DNA from: Blepharisma stoltei ATCC 30299
Lineage: Eukaryota > Protista > Ciliophora
Direction of reading: 5' to 3'
Assembly (NCBI GenBank): GCA_965603825.1
Contig: CBFDEM010000038.1
Coordinates: forward strand, 186,001-250,000
DNA length: 64,000 nucleotides
Shown here: positions 45,687-58,147 of the stretch, one piece after another
Position numbering within the stretch: position 1 is the stretch's first letter
Layout of the letters: each line of letters begins with the position of its first letter
The notes under the pieces: model-generated
Seen by the model: only the letters and a program-made list of their open reading frames with translations
What the model was told of the DNA's origin: nothing
Databases searched by the model: none
Program-made: the position numbers and the translations under genes

Positions 45687-46125
45687 TTTTTATTAGTGAC
45701 CATTGGTATACAAAGTGATTAGAATGAGATTGCAGACCCAAGTTTGCAACTCGAAAGAATAATAAAAAGATCGATTAATTTGAGTTTTGCTTTTTTTGGG
45801 GCTATATTGAATTACTCTCCACTTGGTGGAGCTTTACATCAGCTCTTAAAAATAATTGCCATGATGTTGGAAGCACGTGCGAGCTATGTCATTTTATTTA
45901 TAAAATTAAAATATAAAATCTTTTGAGTATTTTCTACTAAAATTAAGTATTTAAGAAGAAGACTGATGCAATGCATCAAATGCGAGTATCTGCATATTCA
46001 TTGGTATCCACATTCATAATTAGAGAAAAAATATTATAATTTACAATAATAAAATTAATTTAATTACTAATCTCCTTAATTTTAGTTTAATTTTTATCAA
46101 AAAAGTTAAAAACGATTATCGATAA

Positions 46126-46422
46126 ATGGGAAAATTATTTGCACTTTTTTTGGTTATTGCTTTAATAGGGACTCAAGGCAAGCTATTTCAATCTTTTCTT
46201 CAACTAAAAATATCTTCAGACGAAATCGAAACAATTCCAACAAATGAAGCTGACTCATCTATGATAGGAGATTTAACATATAATTCTAAATCTGACTATG
46301 TAAAAATGACAAGAATCGAGCCCACTGAGGGATATGAAGGAGTTACATGGCAAGATATTGAAGGCGATGATTATGATGAGGCTATTCAAGTTTCAGATAA
46401 TCCTGACGTCTACTCAGCTTAA
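46126..46422 (+). CDS. Small acidic secreted protein, 98 aa
   Basis: Signal peptide MGKLFALFLVIALIG, SFLQ motif, acidic mature region. Confidence 0.7.
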   Translation: MGKLFALFLVIALIGTQGKLFQSFLQLKISSDEIETIPTNEADSSMIGDLTYNSKSDYVKMTRIEPTEGYEGVTWQDIEGDDYDEAIQVSDNPDVYSA

Positions 46423-46469
46423 ATTTTCATACCTCAAATATAAAATTGGATTAAAATTAAAACAAAAAA

Positions 46470-47174
46470 TTAATGAGATTTAATATTATTAAAGTAATTT
46501 TGAAATCTCACATACAAATTCCATAGCTCTTCATTCGCGCTTCCAAAACTTTTCGGAATATTCAAAACCTTCGGAGTTTTTAATTTTCCATTCTCATTTA
46601 TCATCATCGTTCTCTGTATCTGGCTCATTATTCTATTTTTATCATCCTGTGAAATATTTCCTTTCTCTACAACCTGTAAAAAATCTTTAGAAATAGCTTC
46701 ATAATTCGCTATTTTGGCTTGGGTGTGGGATTTTTCTTCTGCGAGCCTTACGATTTTTCTTTTTAAATTTTCGATTTTTTGTTCTCTCCTTTCTTTGATT
46801 TTCGATAAAGTTAATAAATCTTTGTATTCAAGCTGCAGTTCGCCATAGATTGACATTAATTCTTGTCTTTCCTCATCAAGCTTGCTTAGATTTTTAGTCC
46901 TTTCATTAAAGATTTTTATTGTTTCACTACTAGGAGTGCGCTGTTTATGTTTCGTTGTAATGTTTCTTGCACTGATAGAGCCGTGGTTTCTATCTTTTGG
47001 AGTTATAGCGGATAATAATTTTGTTGTTAAGTCATCATCTCCTAATTGTATTGAAAGCTTTTGCCTTCTTGTTGCTGGTAAAGACGTAGACTCATCTTTG
47101 CCACTAGATAGAGGACGCGTTGATCTTAATATGATTTTCTTTGAGTAAGGACTTTCCTAACTAGAAGTTACCAT
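46470..47174 (-). CDS. Hypothetical coiled-coil protein, 229 aa; intron directly after the ATG
   Basis: ATG 47174, then GTAACTTCTAGTTAG, then an open frame into ORF 46470-46856. Confidence 0.72.
47157..47171 (-). other. 15-nt intron GTAACTTCTAGTTAG
   Basis: Follows the start codon; A at position 10; removes TAG. Confidence 0.75.
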
Positions 47175-47224
47175 TTTCTCAAACTTTATAATGCAACTTT
47201 TAAATTTTTTTATAATAAATATCT

Positions 47225-48025
47225 TTAATTAGATTCGTCATATTTCACTTTCCCAGAATGAGTCCTTTTAAGTGAAGAACTCACTAATTTTTCATTTGGA
47301 TTAGCAGGCCCTCTTATCATCTGCAGCTTTTCAGCAAAAATTTGTTTATTTTCGAGCATAACTCTTTTCTTTTCAAACATTTCTACATTCATTTTTGAGT
47401 TCATATTAGCTAGCATTTGATTTTTCATTTTTAGCTCCTCTTCCATTTTTGCTATTTGTTTGCGAGCTTTTTTTAAATCATCATCTAATTTAAGCTCATA
47501 TTTCATCAAATTTTCTTTAGTTTTTGAAGATTTATTTGAGGCAGGAGGAGATAAGAACTTATCTGTGAGGCTGCCTTCTAATTCTTCTTCAAAATTCAAC
47601 TGTGACCCAATTTCAGATGCAAGTTTATTTTTTGAGTATTTTATTTTGAAAATAATTCCATCAAGCTCTATTTAAATTTTGCCTTTTTCTTTGTTTAAAA
47701 TTTGACCTTGAAGGTTAAAAATTTTGTTTTCTGCAGTTTGTTCAAGCTAATTAGGCTTTACTTGTTCTTGTCTTAAATAGTTTATTTTAACTTTAAAATA
47801 TTCATGTTCTGCTTTAGCTTTAGCTTCTTCTAATGATTTGAATTTATCTCTTAAAATATCTCTTTCATCTCTGAGCTTTGTTAAAATAAGCTGCAAGCTT
47901 CTCTCTGCTTCTAATAGTTTGGCTTTTGCTTCTTCAGAAATATTGGATTGAGAGGGATCAAAATATTTGATTGCAGCATCAAGAACTCCTAGTAGTCCAG
48001 GCCGAACGGTTTCTTGCTGATCCAT
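47225..48025 (-). CDS. Hypothetical coiled-coil protein, 256 aa; 2 micro-introns (one GC-AG)
   Basis: ORFs 47747-48025 and 47225-47599 are in frame; each intervening stop lies within a 15-nt intron. Confidence 0.7.
47668..47682 (-). other. Putative 15-nt GC-AG intron GCAAAATTTAAATAG
   Basis: A at position 10; removes in-frame TAA 47672-47674; no GT-AG alternative of 15-16 nt is present. Confidence 0.65.
47747..47761 (-). other. 15-nt intron GTAAAGCCTAATTAG
   Basis: Removes an in-frame TAG. Confidence 0.8.
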
Positions 48026-48139
48026 AATAGTTTCTTATTATATTTACTAAAATAAAATTTCGTTTTTTTTTAAATTAATTTTATTCTTCTTATAAATAAA
48101 ACACAATTCCTTAAATTTAATATTTGCAAGCAAGCTACT

Positions 48140-49510
48140 TTAATTTGAAATAATTTTCCTCAGTAAATATACCTCAGCAGGATCAAGGATATCTTCTGTA
48201 ATATTAAGCATTTTCTTCCCTTCAAAGAAATGAGAGTATTTCTGCTTCGATTTTTGTAAAGCAATGACATGCCTAATTCCTATCAGCGTTAAATGCTCTT
48301 TGGAAATTTGATAGATCTTTTTTAATTTTTTAAGCGAATGTATGATTTTTAATTGATATTTATCGAAATAATCAATTTCATCCGCAGTTTCTTCAATTTT
48401 ATAATCAATTCCCATTATCATTTCTTCAATATAATTCGAATCAAAAATAGGTTCTGCTACACTTTCCTCTATTCATAATAAGGCAAGTTGAGCTAAAACT
48501 CTTGGATCAAGCTCTTTTTGCAGCCTCCAGATCCCAGAATTAAGCTCTTCTTTTCTTGCGAACACTTTTGAATCGACGCTACAGTCTGTTTTTTCGTCAA
48601 TTAGTTCTTTATATTCTTTTGATTGAAAAATTGCATTATCAGGGTCACAAAAAGCTAGACATATTTGTTCTGACGTAAACTTTTGCGTTTCAACCAATTC
48701 GAAAATATGACTATACAACTGAATCAATATTTTTGGGACTCCTTTCAGCTTAACTCCTTCCTTTCCATACGTTAAAGCCAATTGATTCGCGAAAAAGTCA
48801 TGAATAGATATAGGATTAATAGGATATAGCACTCTAATCCTAGTAATATACTCATAAAACTTTTTCAAGAAATTGCATTGCGACCTTCTTTGTATACTTT
48901 TTTTTCTTTTTGATCTCACAAACTCAATAGTGTCTATATCATTCATATTTGTGCTGTAAATCAAATGAGCAGCAATAGCAGTCCCAGTCCTTCCATATCC
49001 TGCATGGCAATGGATTATCAGTTTTTCTTTTTTTGAAATAATCACGCTTATCAGCTGCACAATAGTGATCATCTGAGAAGTCGTAGGAATGTCCATATCA
49101 AGCCATCCAAGATTGTGGACTTTTATCCCAGGCAGATCAGCTTGAGAATAAGAAAAATCTTCTCCAGGCTTAAGTCCGTCCCCACAAAATGGATGCTCGC
49201 CTGGAAGCTGAAGATTTATAACATTTGTTATGTTATACTTTTGGAACTCTTCGAGAAGATTGAAATCTTTTATAATCCTTGTGGTCAGGCGCTGTGAAGC
49301 AATGATATTTTCAGTTACCCAGCTTGAATTTAAACCTTTGAGGGCTGGGTTGGGGTGGATGAGTCAGTTTTCGTTTCTGCAAGATGAGCCACCACAAACC
49401 AGACAGAAAAACTTGTTTCTCATATCAAAGTTTCGTGTTGTTGTCCGGTTCTCTAAGGCCGGGGTAACTTGCTTTGAAGAGCCTTTATTACGGTTCATAC
49501 AACATAACAT
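48140..49510 (-). CDS. PTPDC1: PTPDC1-like protein tyrosine / dual-specificity phosphatase, about 456 aa
   Basis: CGGSSCRNENW, GLNSSWVTENIIASQR, INLQLPGEHPFCG, GWLDM, HCHAGYGRTG; TGA 49364 and 48473. The start may be 49549. Confidence 0.85.
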
Positions 49511-49809
49511 TTTTTTGATTACATGTGTAATTATCAGAGAAATATGCATAATAATTGTGTTCTAGAAAAGAAAGATGGTTAGACTTGATTAGAAGGTTAT
49601 ATTTGATTACTTAATAAAGATAAATAAGATCTGTAATCCAAGATAGAGCCTTGCTTACATGCATATAAATAGAAAAATTCTCCAAATAATTTATATATGA
49701 TCTTCTAGTATGTCTCAAAAATTATCACCATATTAAAAAAATGCATAGTTAAATATTAATCTATATAGCAAGTACATTGATAGCATTTGAAATTAAATAT
49801 CTCAGCTTT

Positions 49810-50760
49810 TTATTTAGAACATTGAAAGGCTTTTTGGTTTGATTTTAAATTAGTAGCATCGCTACCCGCTATATATTCTTTGCAGTGCATCTCTTTATAT
49901 TCCTTCGTCCCCGAATCATATCTCAAGAAATTTTTCATTATTGGGCTATTCCATTTTCTGCACATTTGCTCTGAAAATAAAATTTCATCATGAAAACTTG
50001 GCGTTTGGTCATAATCCTCATTTTTCTCCTCAAATTCATACATTTCTTGCCTATCACCAGAAAATCCATGGAAAAAAATTGCTTTCAAAATTTCTTGTTT
50101 CACAATTTTCCTTTGCTCTTCTTTCTCCATATCAAAATTCTCAATTTCAGTCTGTATCTTTTGCATTTGGTTGGTAATTTCATCGAAAATGCTATTTTCA
50201 TCATTGGACTGGTCAGATTTTATTTCTCTTTTGATGCAAGAGACTTCAGTATCTTCACTGACTTTTGATGACTCTATTTTAAGTTCTACTATAGAGTCAT
50301 TTCTGGAGGACTCTTGCTTATATTCAATTATTGTATTAGGGGTGCTTGCTCTGCTTTCTTTTGAGTCTTCTAAGCTTTTTTGGCTGGTATTAGGATTTGG
50401 ATAAATATCTGGGACAACAGTGTCTGGGGATTCTTCATCAGAAGGAGATTCATATCTGTCTATAAGTTTTTGAGAGAACTGAGAAGAAATATTTCCAAAT
50501 GTTAGAGTTTCTTGCAACACTGGCTTTGGGATTGGCTCTGGCTTAGGCTTTGGCTTAGGCTTTACTGATTTTATCCCTTTATCAGCTTTTCATTTCTCTA
50601 TTTGTTTCTTTTGTTTTTCAATTTCAACCTGCCTGGCTTTCAGCCTTTCTTCCTCTTTTTTCTAAATAAAAATTACTTTTTCAATTCTTTCGTCTAATGC
50701 CCGCTTTTTATCTTCTATTAATTTTCGTGCGCGAGCTAATTTTTCTGAGTTAGTATTCAT
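49810..50760 (-). CDS. Hypothetical protein, 311 aa
   Basis: ATG 50760, intron 50662-50676, one TGA=Trp, KPKPKPKPEP linker, joins ORF 49810-50520. Confidence 0.72.
50662..50676 (-). other. 15-nt intron GTAATTTTTATTTAG
   Basis: Consensus heterotrich micro-intron; removes TAG. Confidence 0.85.
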
Positions 50761-50781
50761 TTTAATGAATTTTTTAAATTT

Positions 50782-52170
50782 TTAGTTAGAAAATGTATCA
50801 AATTGAAATGGCTCTACAATGTTGCCATTATCCCACACTCCTTTTGTAATCTTCCCGTTAGCTTCATAAAGCAGACCACTTCCATGTGGTTTGTCTTGAT
50901 TGAATTTTCCTTCATATCTGCTTCCATCTTTATAAGTCATGATACCGAGCCCTGCTTTTATACCATTTATGTACATGCCTAAATATTCTTTTCCGTCTCG
51001 GTATTTCATTCTTCCAATTCCATGAAATTGGAAGTTTTTCCATTCACCAAGATATGTGTTACCGCCTGCTCACTTATACTCGCCGATACCATGAATGTCA
51101 TCTTCATGGTAGTTTCCTATATAAATATCCCCTGATGCCCACGTACTTAGCCCAATCCCATGCCTTTTATCAAGCTTAAACTCTCCATCATGTGTATCTC
51201 CATTACTTAGCACAAGCTTTCCTCTTCCATCTCTTTTTTCATCGCGCCATTCTCCTATATAAACAGACCCATCCTTATAATGTTCCTCATAATAGGTTCT
51301 TTGGCCTTTTATTAGCTGCATTGATGGCTTTGACAGTTCCTTTATCATTCTTTTATACTTCTTAATTTCTTCTTCAATTTTATTAAATTTTTCTTTAATT
51401 GTAAGCAGCTCTTCTGTAAAATCGGCTTGTGCTGTGTTGCTTCTAAACCTTATAGGTATTTTCTTGACGTTTTTATTGCTTGAAACACTTAAGCGGCTTT
51501 CTTTTGGAGCTTCTGTTTTAAAGATTTCTTGTTTCAGCCAAAGTCATAAGTATCCATCACTAGCTAAATCTTTTCATTTAGCTAAATTTGAGCCGGTCCG
51601 AAAAATATCTTTTGGGGATAAATAAGACCTTTTTCATTCTCCTTCGTAAACTTCTCCGTCAATATGTACAAATTTTCCATATCCATGAGGCTTACTATAT
51701 GAAAAATTTCCTTCGTATTTAGCTCCATCAGGCCATTCCATTCTCCCGTAGCCATCTTTAAAGCCTCCACACCATTCCCCTATATATGCAGCTCCTGATT
51801 TATGTCTAAATAGTCTTCGCTTTTCTCTAATGGCAGATGCATTGCGTGTCTTGCTTAAAGTTTCCAAAATTTCTTCTTTAGAAAAATATGAATAATTCGG
51901 TTTTGTTTGTTTTTTCAAATGCTTTACGTATTTTCTCGAGACATATCCCTGTCATACAGCTACGATTTTTGGTGCCAGAGGTTTTATTTTTTCAACTGCG
52001 TCATCAAATGAGATTTGAAGGGTCTTGCTAGCCTTTCCTTGAGATGTTAATGTTGATGTTAATTTATACTCAGTCGTCAGTTCTTGGGATATGTCTTTAT
52101 TTCCTATACTAAACTCATGCTGCCTCAGCATGCTTGTACAATCGCATCCTTTACAGTTAAAGTTTCCCAT
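50782..52170 (-). CDS. MORN-repeat protein with IQ-like motif and probable N-acylation, 462 aa
   Basis: Four in-frame ORFs joined by five TGA; YxGeW...dGxG repeats; IVAVW-QGYVSRK; MGNFNCKGCDC. Confidence 0.85.
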
Positions 52171-52192
52171 AAATTAATTATTTATAGGCAAT

Positions 52193-54419
52193 TTATTTTA
52201 ATTTATTAAAATTACTATCTGTAGTTGGGATATATGATACAAGATTCTGATATGTAGACAAAAGATCGCTTGTGGTTTCGTCTTTGATTTTCAGATTTCT
52301 TAAGTTTTGGATTCGAGTTAAAAACCGATTTTTAGTAATATTTGATTTAAAAGTGCTAGCTTTAGGAGTTTTAGGGCTTTTTGATGCATCTTTGCCATCT
52401 AGCTTCATATATTTATTTATCACAAAATTTGCATCAAAAATCTTTTTATTTGGTTGGCTGACTCTTGGACTTTCTCCTACAAGCAATTTTTTTCGGCCAG
52501 GGGAGTTTGAGTATGATTTAGCTGTCATTGTATCATACCTATTTGTAGCTTCTGGGGTTTTAGCAAGTCTGATAATTCTATGTGTTCATTCATTGTTATC
52601 ATATACACTTTTATGTCATGGCGACCTTATTGTATCTTTTTTAGGAGAATTATCACTTTCTTCATATAAGCTGAAAGATTCTTCATTAGTCTCATAACGG
52701 TCATTATATTGTGTTGATGTAAGTTTATTTATGAATTCCTGACCTTCTGTTGTTTGAAGGTTTACACGCCTTTTTGATTCATTAGGAGTTTTGGGAATTT
52801 TAAATTTCGAGTTTGTTGTTTTATTTTTATATTGATTTTGGTAAAAACTTCTAATTAATTGTATCATATTTTCTTGAATTTCTTCATTGGTTAGTCTATA
52901 TGGTTTTTACTTATGCTCTCCTTCTTCGCTATTTTTGTATTTTTCTATAGCTTGCAATGCATTTGTGCCTTCTTTCACTGAAATTTCTGAGTTCGGGCAT
53001 TTTATTCCAGACATGATTAAAGACCGCTGATATGATGTCAATTTAAATAAAGGCGACATTTCCTTACAAGCAAAATTCCCATCAATCAACCTCTGTGCTA
53101 ATTTTATAAAAGACCCTTTGAGCATAGATTTTGCAAAAATTCTTTGAAATTGTTCAAAGGAAACTGTTGTGTCAGCTCCTGAATTTTTTCGAATTAATTT
53201 GATCCCAACATTAACATCTTCAGCAATATTCAGAACGATTAGCTTTTTAGCAACATTTTGAATATTGATTTTATTTGTTTTTTTAGGATCAATTTCAGCC
53301 CACCATTTTTCAAGGAGTCTTTGATGCTCATTTATCGTAATATTTAAGTCAAGCTTTTGCTTGATTTTAATATCAGTACCTTTAGAAATTTTATTTAGAA
53401 ATGATAAAACAAAAGTTTTACTTCGAAAAAATGAAAATTCATCACAATTTTCGCCCAAATCTAATTTGTCGTTATCCTTGACTTTGTTTCTTTCAGATAA
53501 AGCTAAGCTGTTTAATATTTCAAGAATCCTGTCTGTATATATATTAGACCGAAATAAGCTTTTAAAATCATCTAAAGCTACATATGTGTCTTTTAATGTA
53601 TCTTTTTTCAAAATCATACATAGGGTTTTCCTTAGAACTTCAGGATCACTTGCAATACCAAGCATTAACAGTGCTTTTATTAATTCTTCTCCTTCAATTT
53701 GCCCTCTTTGTTTAGTATCTAGCTGCTCATAAAGTGCTGATGAAAAATTTTGGTAGAGATTTTCATCTAATCGACTAATTCCTCGCTTTTTAAGCCAAGA
53801 GCCCATATCACTTTCATGAACTCTTTGAAATGCATTTTCTAAGCTAGTATTTGTAAAAGTTGGTCTGTAATTGGGTTTTGTTGCTCCATCAGGACTTTGT
53901 GCTCTTTTATGCAAATTGTCCATGCTTTTAGCCAAATTATTAAAAAATTTTTCAGTTGTCGTTTGCGAAGGAGCTTTTTCGTCTTTTGAGTATTCATTTT
54001 TTATAGCCCTTAATAAAGGATGCTTCCTATTTGTACTGATTTCTATTTTTGCCTTTCCTTCAATTGTTTCTATTGTACTTAAAAGCTGTGAATTGTCCTG
54101 CTTTTCTATAGATATTTTGTCAGTTGTACGAAAAGTTTGCTTAACAGAGCGAGATCTTTTTGAGATGTGAGATTTAGGGCGAGAAATTTCTTTCATGATA
54201 CCTTGCATTTTGGTCGCTGGGTGATCGAAAACATAGCCTTCTTTTGAGGTATCTTGAATAAAAATTACCATAGGATTTGCTATTGAGGTTTATAAGAGCT
54301 TTAGCTGAAGATCTTTTAGTAGCAGAATCTAAAATTTTTGAGGATGTGGGATTGGCAGGTGATTGCTGGGATTCATCATCTTTAGGTTCTGATTTAAGTA
54401 GGGAAAAAAGATAATTCAT
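52193..54419 (-). CDS. Protein with degenerate EF-hand pairs, about 731 aa
   Basis: Introns 54253-54268 and 52896-52910 plus two TGA join four ORFs; LDTKQRGQIEGEEL, IDPKKTNKINI, VSFEQFQRIF. Confidence 0.72.
52896..52910 (-). other. 15-nt intron GTAAAAACCATATAG
   Basis: Removes an in-frame TAA. Confidence 0.8.
54253..54268 (-). other. 16-nt intron GTAATTTTTATTCAAG
   Basis: Joins ORF 54174-54419 to ORF 52907-54271, giving SKSY-DTSKEG. Confidence 0.75.
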
Positions 54420-54994
54420 TATATTTAGATTAAAATGGATTGAAAATTAATAGTAGCTGTAAAATCAAAACATAACGATATTATGTTTATATTAGTCCCT
54501 ATCACTATAATGGTTATAAATCAATGTATTTTCAGGAATTACCTTGCTGTTATTAAAATCATTGATATTAATTTACTGCTAATCTAAAAATAATTTAATT
54601 TAATTATAACGCTTTGGATATTATAAATTATTTTTTTCTGAGTTGCTCATTTGCTATCTAGATCCTCTTGTCAGACTTCCATAAATGATAGGAAATGTGA
54701 ATTTAAATTTAATCCCCATTATAAAATCATTTATTATTTTATTTTAACTGATTCTGAATTATTTATCATAATTTATTAAAACATTATTGTCCGAGTTATC
54801 AAACACCCTCTATAATCTGAATCATCAACCACAAGTTTATTAATAATTGTAAAAAACTTCTTTGCTAGTCAGGAAGCATTAACAAAACTTGAGCTTAACA
54901 AATTATCAGGCTATATAGTAAATTATTGCCTGTTTATTATAAACATACCTATACTCTGCAAATTATTTTCGCTTAGGGGCTATTAATATATAAA

Positions 54995-56842
54995 ATGGAA
55001 TCACAACTAGGAAACAATCTTTGCGAAATTTTAAACTCTTATCTTCTTTACAAAGCAAGTGAACGATATTATCTTTTTGAAATGAGCAAAGAATTCCAAT
55101 TAACTCAAGTAAACAAAACAGTTAAAGTAAAAGAACCTGTATTAATAAAAGACGCAATCAAAATCTCTTCTTCTGAAGCTTGTTTGAGACCAAAATCCAA
55201 GCATTATTTGCCTACTGAAATCAATTTTATGGCAATTGACAAAGACGAGCTCACGTATCTTCCCTTTGACGAGCATGTAAACAAAGTCTACATCCCGCCT
55301 GGACTAGATGGTCATTACAAATCGACCCCCTTCAACGCTTGTGACCGAGAAGACAAAATCATTGAAAACGACCAATTTCTCGAATTTCTAACTCTTTCGC
55401 TCTACAAAGACTACCATAGCTCTTCAAATTGACTGAAACTAACTACAGAATTAGCAGGCTTACTTAATAAAGATCGCAGAGATATGGTTACAAAAATGAG
55501 CAAGATTATAGCAAAGCATTCTAAAACTAATATTAGATGCCTGAAACCTTCCAGCTATAAAGAAAATTTTTGTAGGATCTGCAAAACATACTCATGTCTT
55601 GCTCATTTTTCTGATAGAGCAATCACTTATGAGCAAGATCAGTCTAAACATAAACATATAAAGGATGAGCACGACTACAAAGAAAAATTATTCAAGCAGC
55701 TCGACCCAGAAAATTGAAAATTAAAATGATGAATCAGAGAAAAATCGCTAAAAAAGAGCGGAAAATGGCTAATGAGTTATAAATGTCCAAATCTCAGAAG
55801 GTGTGGAAAAGAAAGGGCTAAGGAGTTTGAAGCTACTAAAATTGATAAATTCATTATCAAAAAATTTCTCAGTCATGGATGTGATAATCCTTGTGCTTTA
55901 GCGTTTTTTTTAGAAAGAACATGCCAAGAAGCAAAATTCTTAATCAATAATTATCAAAATTATTTTGAGGAAATTCCTGAAATACCAAAGCTTCCTAAAA
56001 AAACCTACTTCACAGATAAGGAAGAATACAATTATCTCATGATAAATGTTGTTGGCTTACATTGTGACTGTGAAAATGGGTGCACAGTAGAAAACCAATG
56101 CCCTTGCTTAATTGGCGAAATTAATGAAAATGATCAAGTAATTAATAGAAAATGCTGCGAAAAATTCTGTTCCTGCGCAACTTCTTGTGCATATCGTTTT
56201 TTAGGCTGCAACTGTCAGAATGGAAAATGCAACACAAAATCATGCGTTTGCTTTGCAAATTTTAGGGAATGCGACCCAGATCTATGCAGAAGTTGCTGCT
56301 CAGCTCAATCTATAAAGGACAGAACTTTTATTTCCCTTCAAGCAAAAAATAAAAGTGCAGTTTTATGTAGCAATGTAAAAGTTCAGTTAAAATTCCAAAA
56401 AAGAACTGCATTAGCTCCTTCAGCTTTGGAAGGCGCTGGAACCGGCCTAATTGTGCTTGAAAACGTAAATGCCGATGAATTTATAATTGAATATACAGGA
56501 GAATTAATTACAGAAGCCGAAACTAATAGAAGAGCTGCAGTTTATGACTACAAGCAACATAGCTATATTTTTAGTATGTCGCCTGATCCAGCGTGATCTA
56601 TTGATGCAACTTTTCTTGGGAACAAAATGAGATTTGTTAACCATAAAAGCCATGACGAAGATAACTGTTATACAAGAGTCTGGAGAATTAATGGAAATTC
56701 AAGGATTTTGCTGTTTGCTCGAGAAAAAATAAGTGCAGGATCAGAGCTGTTCTTTAATTATGGATACGATACAAGCACAATAAAATATGGATGGTACCAG
56801 CAATATGAAGGAAAATTTAAAAAGAAAAAAATTAAAAATTAA
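54995..56842 (+). CDS. EZL: Enhancer-of-zeste-like (EZL/E(z)) histone methyltransferase, 615 aa
   Basis: One frame through five TGA. MCSS-like FCRICKTYSCLAH; CXC domain (CEKFCSC...RFLGCNC...CNTKSCVCFANFRECDPDLC); SET motifs FIIEYTGELI, IDATFLGNKMRFVNH, ELFFNYGY. Confidence 0.92.
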
Positions 56843-56902
56843 TTGATAATAATTTTGACAATAAATTGGCTACGAATATATAATGCATGATTATTTATCC
56901 TT

Positions 56903-58031
56903 CTAAAGTGTGTCTTTTGGCGTAAAATGTGGAAGTAAAAACCCTGTGATATCAAAAGGCGGTTGATTATCATTTAAGGAGTCTTGCCTTAAAACATTCG
57001 AACAGGAATCACTTCTTAGATAGCTCTGAGATGAGTCACATCTAAGATAGCTTTGAACAGAATCGGACCTATTATACGTTTGCGGTTGATCTTGATTAGG
57101 AATCTATATAGAAGTATACCAAATTGTCAGCAGATATCGGGTTGAATAGTTGTTCCCAGTTGATAATAAGTGGGCTTTCTTCTTGAAATTTCGATGCTGT
57201 TGATTTTGGCGCTAATAAAAAATTATTTGCGAATAAAGAATTTTCAAAAATGTTAGCAGTTTCTGGATTCTGTAACGCAGGTGTAGACTCAGCAACTGAG
57301 ATAGCAGGCTTAATCTTAGATTTTAGCTTACCAGGGCTCAGTTCTTCTCTTGGAGTTTCATAAAGTGAATAAAGTATTGATGACCCTTCCTCGTCAGTTG
57401 ACTTTGACTCCTTAGACTCTTTTGTCTCTGTGATATGATTTTCTTCTTTAATTTCTTTCACTTCAGGTTTGGTTTCTTTAATCGCTTGCAGTCTTGAAGA
57501 TTTTCTTCTACATATATTTTACAAGCTCTGCTCAAAGTCAGGTTTTGCTTTCTTTTTATCAGATGGCACCATCAATAAACTTACAATTTCTGGCTTTTGT
57601 ATTATTTCAGAAATCGACTCAGCAATTCGTTGGTCTTCTGGCACTCTCCTATTATATCGTCTCAAATTTCTCCGAATTGTGCTATAGAAATAATTCTTTA
57701 TTGCGTTTTCTGTACGTCCAGGCAGAAAAGTTGCAATTTTTGACCAACAGTTCCCGTGCTCCCTTTGAGTTTCTATAAGAATTTGCTCTTCTTCTACAGT
57801 TCACCAGCCAATTTTTATGTCAGGATCTAAGTGGTTAAACCATCTTTCTCTGCATTGTTTGCCAGTTCTAGCTAAAACTTACTTTCCTCTGATTCCAAAT
57901 CGATCTTTTAGAGCTTTCGCTATTTGAGTCCAGTGTTTTAAGCCGAATTCTTTGACTAGGGAAGAGATAGCATCGTCTGCCTGAATGGAAAATACCTCTT
58001 GGGACCATGATTCTCTATCATACTTAGGCAT
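56903..58031 (-). CDS. R2R3-type Myb transcription factor, about 355 aa, 4 micro-introns
   Basis: Spliced WSQEADDAISSLVKEFGLKHW...KTGKQCRERWFNHLDP...WTVEEE...GNCWSKIA..LPGRTENAIKN; introns 57981-57995, 57868-57882, 57508-57522, 57104-57119. Confidence 0.85.
57104..57119 (-). other. 16-nt intron GTATACTTCTATATAG
   Basis: Removal opens a further ~66 codons with RxDS repeats, ending at TAG 56903. Confidence 0.7.
57508..57522 (-). other. 15-nt intron GTAAAATATATGTAG
   Basis: Removes an in-frame TAA. Confidence 0.82.
57868..57882 (-). other. 15-nt intron GTAAGTTTTAGCTAG
   Basis: Removal restores GKTGKQCRERW. Confidence 0.9.
57981..57995 (-). other. 15-nt stop-less intron GTATTTTCCATTCAG
   Basis: Removal restores canonical Myb helix-1 spacing. 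Confidence 0.8.
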
Positions 58032-58147
58032 TTCTTAGAATAAAATTATTATTCTGCTAAAATGGTTGTTAAAGGACAATTTTATGTTAAAGCAATGCTT
58101 TTTGGTTGATTTATTTATATTTAAACTTTTAAGACTCATGTATAAAT

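Noticed and set aside
45744-45926. 60-aa plus-strand ORF with a small CTCCAC-TTG-GTGGAG hairpin
   Set aside because: TTG start, no recognisable motif, and a 6-bp stem is too weak to support a feature.
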